Shown here piece after piece: positions 47,796 through 55,243 of a DNA stretch of 64,000 bases. Position numbers and translations under genes: made by a program. The DNA is from a virus. Lineage: Duplodnaviria > Caudoviricetes. Below the pieces are notes generated by a model. It did not search any database and was not told the DNA's origin. It worked only from the letters and a program-made list of their open reading frames with translations. The stretch's first letter is position 1, and each line of letters starts with the position of its first letter. The stretch lies in the IMG/VR virus record IMGVR_UViG_3300044627_003892; one strand, written 5' to 3'.

Positions 47796-48125
47796 ATGAA
47801 ATATCTTATAACAGAATCACAATTAGATAAAGTAATCTTTAGATATTTGGATATTAAGAACTTTATTCAGATTAAAAGAGGAAACACAATATACTTTGTT
47901 AATTCGGAAGATGATAAATATGCCCAAATCAGATATGATAGAAACGATGGTTGGTGTTATATACGCCATGGATTAATTTACGAAATTTCTTCTTTCTTTT
48001 CTTTGGACATATATGATTCTAAGGAAGTTATCGGTAGATGGGTTGAAAATACTCTACAAATGAGGGTTACTTATACCCGTTTGGTCTTTCACGATGTGAA
48101 CAATTTGTTTAAAATACCTAACTAA
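47796..48125 (+). CDS. Short paralogue of the array-bearing family, MKYLITESQL leader
   Basis: FFSL...WVENTLQMRVTYT + variable + FKIPN. Confidence 0.75.
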   Translation: MKYLITESQLDKVIFRYLDIKNFIQIKRGNTIYFVNSEDDKYAQIRYDRNDGWCYIRHGLIYEISSFFSLDIYDSKEVIGRWVENTLQMRVTYTRLVFHDVNNLFKIPN

Positions 48126-48834
48126 TAGTAATAATCTTCCACTCCCCATTATAATCTTCCACAAGACATGTAGAGTTCTCACAGAAGTCCCCTGAGTTCA
48201 TATAGTAATTCTCTATCTTCGGATGATGAATATGTCCACATACTGCCACATCATACCCCTTCTGTTTTGTTAGACCTTTTGCGTTATCCTCAAAATCAGA
48301 TACAAAGTTAATTGCCCCTTTAACAGATTGCTTTATTGTGTTTGCTAATGAATGATATGGTAAGTTAAACCACTTTCTTATTTTGTTATATAAAGTATTA
48401 AACTTAATCACAATATCATATGACCATCCACCGATTACCGCTAACCACCTCGCTTCCATTATAACGAAATCCAATACATCCCCGTGAAAACAAAAATACT
48501 TTCTATTATCTATTCCTGTATGTATATACTTTCTTACAATCCTGATGTTGTTTAATTTAAATGGAATAAAATCTTTTAGGAAGTCATCGTGGTTTCCTCT
48601 TATATAAACCACCTTTGTATTCTTCTCTGACATCTTCATGAACCTTCTGAATATCTTGGTACAATCCTTTGTCCATTTACCATTACCTTTAAGAGCCCAA
48701 CCATCTATTATATCACCGTTCAGTATTAGTTTTTCCGTTGTGTTATTATCCAAGAAACTTATTATCTTATCTGTCTGTGATTGTCTTGCTCCTAAGTGTA
48801 AATCACTCATGATTATCGTTTTCCAATTATTCAT
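48118..48834 (-). CDS. Metallophosphoesterase, LpxH-like (UDP-2,3-diacylglucosamine hydrolase family)
   Basis: SDLHLG, LNGDIIDG, RGNHD, FHGD, CGHIH, NSGD. Confidence 0.85.
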   Translation of the reverse strand: MNNWKTIIMSDLHLGARQSQTDKIISFLDNNTTEKLILNGDIIDGWALKGNGKWTKDCTKIFRRFMKMSEKNTKVVYIRGNHDDFLKDFIPFKLNNIRIVRKYIHTGIDNRKYFCFHGDVLDFVIMEARWLAVIGGWSYDIVIKFNTLYNKIRKWFNLPYHSLANTIKQSVKGAINFVSDFEDNAKGLTKQKGYDVAVCGHIHHPKIENYYMNSGDFCENSTCLVEDYNGEWKIITIS

Positions 48835-49538
48835 TCCCAGTATCCTTTATCATCCTCAAAATGATTTTTATTGTTCCTGTTGAAGAATGAACTAACCATA
48901 AGTTTTAACATATACCACACTCCTTTCTGTTTGAACCTTCTTGGACTTGTGAATACCGTTGTATTCATGATATAAAACTTGCTTGGTTTAACTTGTTTGG
49001 AGAATAGATAATCCTCGGCAACTCTTGCGTTTTCATCAAACCCACCGATTGTATCATATACTTCTTTCTTAACCATCATGAACCCACCAAGACAAAATGG
49101 TGTGATTGGTTTGAATACCTTTTGTATTGTGTCAAACAATCTGAATATACTATTATACTCACCTGTCGTTGACCTTACCTTACATGTAATCAAATCTGTA
49201 TTATGTAATAAGAACTCCCATATACAATTGTTTAATATGTTGAAATCCAATAAGAATATGTCAGCGTCCAAAAATAGAACATAAGGTGTTTCCACATTCT
49301 CTGCTCCCTTATTTCTTGCAACAGACGGAAGTCCTCCTGAAATAATCTGTAGATTAAAATAATCTGTTCTCCTATTTTCCAAAGAATAGGATGTATAATC
49401 ATCATCCGATGAATCACAAACAATAACTCTAACATCTTGTATTCCCTTTTGAAAGTTTAATAAGGACAACGTTTGTTCTATTATCTTGCCCTCGTTCTTA
49501 CAAGGGATTACTATGGTTAAAAACTTTGATAAATCCAT
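48831..49538 (-). CDS. Family 2 glycosyltransferase
   Basis: TIVIPCKNE, VCDSSDD, ARNKGA, FLDAD, GGFDE, EDY; start moved to 49538. Confidence 0.88.
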   Translation of the reverse strand: MDLSKFLTIVIPCKNEGKIIEQTLSLLNFQKGIQDVRVIVCDSSDDDYTSYSLENRRTDYFNLQIISGGLPSVARNKGAENVETPYVLFLDADIFLLDFNILNNCIWEFLLHNTDLITCKVRSTTGEYNSIFRLFDTIQKVFKPITPFCLGGFMMVKKEVYDTIGGFDENARVAEDYLFSKQVKPSKFYIMNTTVFTSPRRFKQKGVWYMLKLMVSSFFNRNNKNHFEDDKGYWE

Positions 49539-49646
49539 AATAATAACTATTAAAAACAACCTCAAACCATATTATCATATTCTTATTAAATTATTAACCC
49601 AATATGTATTGTTCAATTTTATGTGTATCTTTGTATTTATTATAAT

Positions 49647-49964
49647 ATGAAGATTGAGCATAAGGTTAAAGCAATTGTAAAACTAATTAATACATTATAC
49701 TCTCCTGACGAGATTAAAGTTAGAAAGAGTGAGTTTGATGATGAGATGTTAATTGATGTTTACGTTTCTCATATTGATGACTCATATATAACCAACCCTT
49801 ACCATTATAATCTTAATAAACTAAAGGAATTAAATTTAGAACGTGAGATTAGAAGGGCGATAAAGGATTTTTTGAGTATTAAAACAAGCGGACTTAATCC
49901 ATACACAGGTTTCGCCCCGTATGCTGTTCACGGCATAACAATAGATGTAAGATTAATATTATGA
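49647..49964 (+). CDS. Hypothetical protein
   Basis: Start moved to 49647; overlapping TATCTTTG and TATTTAT motifs upstream. Confidence 0.65.
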   Translation: MKIEHKVKAIVKLINTLYSPDEIKVRKSEFDDEMLIDVYVSHIDDSYITNPYHYNLNKLKELNLEREIRRAIKDFLSIKTSGLNPYTGFAPYAVHGITIDVRLIL

Positions 49965-50314
49965 AATACCTTATAACAGAATCAAAATTAGAGAAAGTAA
50001 TCTTTAAGTATCTTGATATTCAGGACTTTGTGATATATGACAACAAGAAGAGATTCAGCAATTATATATATTTCTTAAACAGTGAGTCAGATAGGGAATC
50101 ACAGATTAGTGTTTATACTAACAACGCCTTTGGTGAAGTTAGGAATTGGATATTTGTAAATCGTGATTTGACTGATAAATTATCTACCTTATTCCCCATT
50201 GGTAAATCGGATTGTTTGGATATAATCAAAGAATGGGTTAATAATACTTTGGGTATTAGTGATAGTACGATTTGGGATGGTCCATATGATTACAGATTAG
50301 CGGTTACAGATTAA
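49961..50314 (+). CDS. Short paralogue (MKYLITESKL...WVNNTL)
   Basis: Aligns by eye with 47796 and 51297. Confidence 0.7.
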   Translation: MKYLITESKLEKVIFKYLDIQDFVIYDNKKRFSNYIYFLNSESDRESQISVYTNNAFGEVRNWIFVNRDLTDKLSTLFPIGKSDCLDIIKEWVNNTLGISDSTIWDGPYDYRLAVTD

Positions 50315-50327
50315 TAGTTAACGAAGA

Positions 50328-50606
50328 ATGAAATACTTAATTACAGAATCACAGTTAGAATCATTTTTACTTAGAAGGTTTACAATGGATGAATTGGAAT
50401 CACTTAGGGATGATTATAACTACATTATGGATGAAGAAGATTTTGAAGATTCCGCCGACAGAGATGATTACGCTTATGAATTAATTGAAAAGTTCATTGA
50501 TAGACATAGAGGTGAAGAGTTTTTTCAATATGATGATGATACTGAATTCTATGATAAACGTTCCAAATATATTGGAGCATTACTCAAATTCTTAAACTCT
50601 AATTAA
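50328..50606 (+). CDS. Acidic hypothetical protein with MKYLITESQL leader
   Basis: 92 aa. Confidence 0.7.
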   Translation: MKYLITESQLESFLLRRFTMDELESLRDDYNYIMDEEDFEDSADRDDYAYELIEKFIDRHRGEEFFQYDDDTEFYDKRSKYIGALLKFLNSN

Positions 50607-50609
50607 TCT

Positions 50610-50939
50610 TTAGAAACCTTTTCTTTCATTATACATCCGTGTAATTCTTTTTCTATAATGATTTTCTAACCCTTGGTGTATATCATCATACCAAAATTCA
50701 TCTTCAGGTAATGTGCTAACAAATCTCCAATGTACCCCATCCATCATAAAGGTTATTGTTGTGTAGACTAACTCATCTAAAAAATGTGAACTTAAAACCT
50801 TTCTGTCTTTTGTAAGACGATAAGCACCTTCAAAAGATTCAAGAAACTCATTTTCCATTTCATCATTAGAAAGTCTTCTTTTAATTCTCGCTGATAGTTC
50901 TTCCCTCAGTATTCTTTTTATAGATTCTTTTAAGTTCAT
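50610..50939 (-). CDS. Hypothetical protein with MNLKESIKRILREE leader
   Basis: 109 aa; similar to the N-part of 52434. Confidence 0.7.
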   Translation of the reverse strand: MNLKESIKRILREELSARIKRRLSNDEMENEFLESFEGAYRLTKDRKVLSSHFLDELVYTTITFMMDGVHWRFVSTLPEDEFWYDDIHQGLENHYRKRITRMYNERKGF

Positions 50940-50972
50940 ATTATTATAAATATGATTATATTTATATTCTAT

Positions 50973-51293
50973 ATGAAATATCTTATCACCGAATCACAAT
51001 TAGATAAAGCCAAATCGGTAATAAATAATTTAATGATATCTGAGTTAAATAATATATTAGATTATGATAGAACATCAGATAGTGATTTCATTAATATATA
51101 TAGCCAGGAAAGAGGCCCTGATTTTTTTATTTTAATGGAGTTTGACCATAGTGATGGTAGATTATTTATTGATGAATCTTTTTTAGATAAGTTTTCATCC
51201 ATGTATCCACTTGATAAAGAACAATCAGGTAAATTCATTTCTGATTGGTTTAGTAAAGTATTTGATGTTGATGTTATGTTTTTTGAATATTAA
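50973..51293 (+). CDS. Hypothetical protein with MKYLITESQL leader
   Basis: Start moved to 50973. Confidence 0.7.
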   Translation: MKYLITESQLDKAKSVINNLMISELNNILDYDRTSDSDFINIYSQERGPDFFILMEFDHSDGRLFIDESFLDKFSSMYPLDKEQSGKFISDWFSKVFDVDVMFFEY

Positions 51294-51296
51294 TAT

Positions 51297-51626
51297 ATGA
51301 AATACCTTATCACCGAATCACAATTAGACAGAGTAATCTTTAGATATTTGGATATTAAGAACTTTATTCAGATTAAAAAGGGTGCAACTATATTTTTAGT
51401 TAATTTAGAAGATGATGAATACGCTGAGATTAGATATGATAAAATTAGTGGATGGTGTTACATTGTTAATAGTTTAATTAATGAAGTGGCCTCTTTCTTT
51501 TCTTTGGGTATCTCCGATTCCATGGAACTTATCCGTAGATGGGTTGAAAATACCCTCAAAGTAATAGTTGTACAAGTCCGTGGGGCTAAACCCGCACCGA
51601 ATGTATGGATAAGAGTAAATAACTAA
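51297..51626 (+). CDS. Short paralogue of the array-bearing family
   Basis: Close paralogue of 47796 (VIFRYLDIKNFIQIK...WVENTL). Confidence 0.75.
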   Translation: MKYLITESQLDRVIFRYLDIKNFIQIKKGATIFLVNLEDDEYAEIRYDKISGWCYIVNSLINEVASFFSLGISDSMELIRRWVENTLKVIVVQVRGAKPAPNVWIRVNN

Positions 51627-51634
51627 TATAATAT

Positions 51635-52045
51635 ATGAAATACATAATCACTGAGAATCAATATAGCAAAACTCTTAAACCCTTATTAGAGAAATTTGGT
51701 ATGCGTACTCTGTGTAAAATGACTGATAAGGAACCTGAAGATATTATTGATGAGATTGGTCTTAAAGGAACAAGAGAAGATATTATCTTTCTAACAAAAA
51801 CTATACTTGAAAATGATATCTCAACCGTCTTGATGTATTGTAGTTATAATATCATACCCACTCGTGACTCTATGAACTTGGTCGTCTACATACCTAAGCC
51901 AGCTCCTGCAAATGTGGGAAGGTATATCTATGAGGAAGGTACAAGAAGTATGTATAGAGATGTTATTTCTAAGGCTTTATATCAATTGGGTGGTGGTCTA
52001 ATTAGAGTTCACAATATTGAGGTTTATAATACAGGAAATTGTTAA
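51635..52045 (+). CDS. Hypothetical protein with MKYIITENQ leader
   Basis: 136 aa. Confidence 0.7.
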   Translation: MKYIITENQYSKTLKPLLEKFGMRTLCKMTDKEPEDIIDEIGLKGTREDIIFLTKTILENDISTVLMYCSYNIIPTRDSMNLVVYIPKPAPANVGRYIYEEGTRSMYRDVISKALYQLGGGLIRVHNIEVYNTGNC

Positions 52046-52061
52046 CTTATATTTATATATA

Positions 52062-52418
52062 ATGAAATATCTTATCACCGAATCAAAATTAAAAACATTC
52101 ATTAAAAACAAGTTTAATATTGACCTGACAGGTCGTGTGGAATTTGAACCTGATTCATATGAATTATTGGTTTATTTTGATAACTATCTTACTCAAGATA
52201 GTTTAGCAAGAAGACGGAGAATGGATAACTATGGTCCGATATATTTTATAGAATTAGATAATGGAAATAAAATATTTTATCAAATGAATTATAGTTCAGA
52301 CAGTCCTTTAATTCTTAGTAACGAAGGTGCTCAATATACTGAATCACAATTTATGAATTTACTTGGTATCTCAGGTCTTGGAATATCAATTGAACAATTT
52401 CTTGATTTATACGTATAA
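52062..52418 (+). CDS. Hypothetical protein with MKYLITESKL leader
   Basis: Start moved to 52062. Confidence 0.7.
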   Translation: MKYLITESKLKTFIKNKFNIDLTGRVEFEPDSYELLVYFDNYLTQDSLARRRRMDNYGPIYFIELDNGNKIFYQMNYSSDSPLILSNEGAQYTESQFMNLLGISGLGISIEQFLDLYV

Positions 52419-52433
52419 GATACTTAATCACTA

Positions 52434-53234
52434 TTAGATTAACGTACCAACATATCCTAATGCATCCCAATGACTCTTTCCTTTTGGTGTCTTAGTTGCA
52501 CCCGCTACCACATCTAATCCTCTTGCTTTCGATGGACCTGTAATAACATGTGATGATGGAACTCCTTTACCTACCGCAGACTGAACTGAACTTGATGTAT
52601 TCTTAGATATAGCGTAAGGTTCTACTATGAATAACTTACTTTTGTTTTTAATAAGAGAAGCAACTTTAGATGAGTATGAACATCCTGCACTGAATAATAC
52701 AACTGTCGCGTTAGGATTTTGTATGATTGCGGTTTCAATCTTATCAAATTGATTATATCTATATCCTATAACATTTTTCTTTGAACTATTACTTTTAAGT
52801 AAGTTTATTTGTTCACCTATGTTTAAGTCTCCCTTTCTATAATCTAATCCACCCATTAATATAACATCAACAATTGGAGCTTTAGAATCTTTTTTATCAT
52901 CAGACTCCGTTGATTCGTATATGACATCAACACATTCTTTATTATAAAACCTTTCTAAGTCATCCCTCATGTAGTTTTCTACATACGTAACACCATCTTT
53001 ATATTTTAACCACTCAGACAACGGACCATCGGTATCAGAACCATCTGTAATCATGTCCATAATTTCATGTTGTATACCACGCATGAATGCTTCAAAGTTT
53101 TCAAAATCACATGGATAATTAGTTACATTGTTATCCCATACAAACGATTTAAATCTATTCAATCTTCTTTTGAACTTTGGTGAAAAATCTGTTTCTTCCC
53201 TTAATACTTTTTTTATATTCTCTTGTAGGTTCAT
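52434..53234 (-). CDS. MNLQE-leader protein with possible minimal alpha/beta-hydrolase C-domain
   Basis: VILMGG...VLFSAG elbow-like motif (weak). Confidence 0.55.
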   Translation of the reverse strand: MNLQENIKKVLREETDFSPKFKRRLNRFKSFVWDNNVTNYPCDFENFEAFMRGIQHEIMDMITDGSDTDGPLSEWLKYKDGVTYVENYMRDDLERFYNKECVDVIYESTESDDKKDSKAPIVDVILMGGLDYRKGDLNIGEQINLLKSNSSKKNVIGYRYNQFDKIETAIIQNPNATVVLFSAGCSYSSKVASLIKNKSKLFIVEPYAISKNTSSSVQSAVGKGVPSSHVITGPSKARGLDVVAGATKTPKGKSHWDALGYVGTLI

Positions 53235-53266
53235 AATATTATAAATATAATTATATTTATTATTAC

Positions 53267-53638
53267 ATGAAGTATATTATTACCGAGTCACAACATAAAT
53301 TAATATCCGAACTTGAAAGAACTTGGAGAGATTCTGAATATACGGAACAATACAATAGACTAAAACCTAAAATGATTCGTTATTTTGAAAATTTGGTTGA
53401 TTCACATTCTGAAAATGATGTAAGACTTAACTTATTTGATAGTGACCAAAACGCCGTAATGGTTTATAATAAACCAAGTGGTGATTTATACTATAATAGG
53501 AACTTTGACGATATATATGGTACAGCCTTTCCTCATCCCATTTGGTTAGTTCACGGCAAATTCATTATGTCAGATGTATTTAATGAGTTCTTTCCTGACT
53601 ACGAAGTTAAATCAGTTAGAAGTATAACATTATCATGA
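53267..53638 (+). CDS. Hypothetical protein with MKYIITESQ leader
   Basis: 123 aa. Confidence 0.7.
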   Translation: MKYIITESQHKLISELERTWRDSEYTEQYNRLKPKMIRYFENLVDSHSENDVRLNLFDSDQNAVMVYNKPSGDLYYNRNFDDIYGTAFPHPIWLVHGKFIMSDVFNEFFPDYEVKSVRSITLS

Positions 53639-53973
53639 AATATTTAATCACAGAATCACAATTAGATAAAGCAATACTCAAGTTTCTTGATAGTCAGGAT
53701 TTTAATATAACTAAAATTGGTGCCAGTACATATATTTCATACCCTGAAGATGATTTTGCTCAGATTAAATATGGTGGTAATCATTCCAATAATGAATTGT
53801 GTTTTATCTATAAAGGTTTAATTGAAGCAATTTCTTCCTTCTTTTCTCTTAACAGTTATCAATCCACCAGAATTGTTGGGCAATGGGTTAAGAAAAAACT
53901 GAATTTGGAGGGTCAAATGTCCAACAAGATAATGAGCTCCCAATGGTCGTTAAAATTACCAACTGAAGATTAA
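53635..53973 (+). CDS. Short paralogue of the array-bearing family
   Basis: ISSFFSL...WVKKKL...LKLPT. Confidence 0.7.
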   Translation: MKYLITESQLDKAILKFLDSQDFNITKIGASTYISYPEDDFAQIKYGGNHSNNELCFIYKGLIEAISSFFSLNSYQSTRIVGQWVKKKLNLEGQMSNKIMSSQWSLKLPTED

Positions 53974-54004
53974 TTTGTATTTTCAAAGTTTTTTTGTATC
54001 TTTG
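53974..54004 (+). promoter_or_regulatory. Bacteroidota sigma-A promoter of the three-gene array operon
   Basis: TTTG(53974-77)-N19-TATCTTTG(53997-54004), ATG at 54010. Confidence 0.75.
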
Positions 54005-54009
54005 TGCTT

Positions 54010-54648
54010 ATGGTTACAGATAAGCTAAAACAACTCATATTCAAACACCTATACAAAGAGTTAGGTAATGTGGAGATAATCCCGTATAAAGACTCTGTAT
54101 GGTTCATTGATAGGGAAAATTGTTATTGGTATTTTCAGTTGTCTAAAGATGGATGTTTATTTTGGAGATACTCATTCTTCCCATCGTTTTTCAGTATTTT
54201 CTCTTTGGAGCAAAGTGAGTTTGAACCAATAATATCTTCTTGGGTGGAAGAGGTATTAAATCATAAGGTATCCACGACAGGTAATAAGCTCGGTTACTTC
54301 TCGCGAAAGGTGGAAGAGGTATTAAATCATAAGGTATCCACAACAAAAATGTTTGTAATTGACGAATTTCCTCTGGTGGAAGAGGTATTAAATCATAAGG
54401 TATCCACAACTGAAGAGAAAACTACTGTAACAGCAAAGTGGGTGGAAGAGGTCTTAAATCATAAGGTATCCGAAACTTTTGAAGTAGACGCCGCCCAAAA
54501 AAGAAAGGTAAAAAAAGTATTAGATAGTAGGGTATCAACAACTAAAAATAATTCCTTATTTTCCGAAAGGTCAGTGGAAGAAGTATTAAATAGTGCTTGG
54601 GTGAAAAAGGCATTAAACAATAAAAAAGAAAATGAAAGTAACGGATAG
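54010..54648 (+). CDS. Array-bearing protein B (5 units)
   Basis: Same N-domain; VEEVLNHKVSTT repeats. Confidence 0.85.
   Translation: MVTDKLKQLIFKHLYKELGNVEIIPYKDSVWFIDRENCYWYFQLSKDGCLFWRYSFFPSFFSIFSLEQSEFEPIISSWVEEVLNHKVSTTGNKLGYFSRKVEEVLNHKVSTTKMFVIDEFPLVEEVLNHKVSTTEEKTTVTAKWVEEVLNHKVSETFEVDAAQKRKVKKVLDSRVSTTKNNSLFSERSVEEVLNSAWVKKALNNKKENESNG
54243..54591 (+). CRISPR. CRISPR-like array in CDS (5 full repeats + 1 partial, 5 spacers of 30 nt)
   Basis: Repeats at 54243, 54309, 54375, 54441, 54507, 54573; degeneracy increases toward the 3' end. Confidence 0.6.
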
Positions 54649-55243
54649 ATTAAGACAACTCATATTCAAACAACTATACAAAGAATTAGGTAATGTGGAA
54701 ATTATCCCTACCCAATACAGTTATTGGTTTATTAATAGAGAAGAAAAATACTGGTATTTCCAACTAACTGAAAGTGGATGTTTATATTGGAGATATGATT
54801 ATTTCAAATCTTTCTTTTCTTTTTTCTCTTTGGAGTCCAAAGATTTTGAACCAATTATTTCATCTTGGGTGGAAGAGGTATTGAATAGTAAAGTATCCAC
54901 AACAATTGTGCAGATGCATCATAAGAAGGATTCGGTGGAAGAGGTATTGAATAGTAAGGTATCCACAACTCAGCAATTCAGTTTCACTTCGAATGATATG
55001 ATGGAAGAGGTATTGAATAGTAAGGTATCCACAACTGCAGGAAAGGCAGGAACTGTAACCATTGCGGTGGAACAGGTATTGAATCGTAAGGTATCCAAAA
55101 CAGTCCGTGACGTAGGTGAAGGAAACTTTTTGGTGGAAGATATATTGAATCGTAAGGTATCCAAAACGGAAGAATTCATCTCAAGAAGAGCGGAATCGGT
55201 ATATGAGGCATTAAACAACAAAAAAGAAAATGAAAGTAACTGA
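54632..55243 (+). CDS. Array-bearing protein C (5 units)
   Basis: VEEVLN(S/R)KVS(T/K)T repeats. Confidence 0.85.
   Translation: MKVTDRLRQLIFKQLYKELGNVEIIPTQYSYWFINREEKYWYFQLTESGCLYWRYDYFKSFFSFFSLESKDFEPIISSWVEEVLNSKVSTTIVQMHHKKDSVEEVLNSKVSTTQQFSFTSNDMMEEVLNSKVSTTAGKAGTVTIAVEQVLNRKVSKTVRDVGEGNFLVEDILNRKVSKTEEFISRRAESVYEALNNKKENESN
54868..55215 (+). CRISPR. CRISPR-like array in CDS (5 full repeats + 1 partial, 5 spacers of 30 nt)
   Basis: Repeats at 54868, 54934, 55000, 55066, 55132, 55198; gene-specific variant GGTGGAAGAGGTATTGAATAGTAAGGTATCCACAAC. Confidence 0.6.

Noticed and set aside
54191-55221. Minus-strand ORFs 54191-54409 (WIPYDLIPLPP repeats) and 54970-55221
   Set aside because: Antisense shadows of the repeat arrays, with no promoter or conserved N-domain
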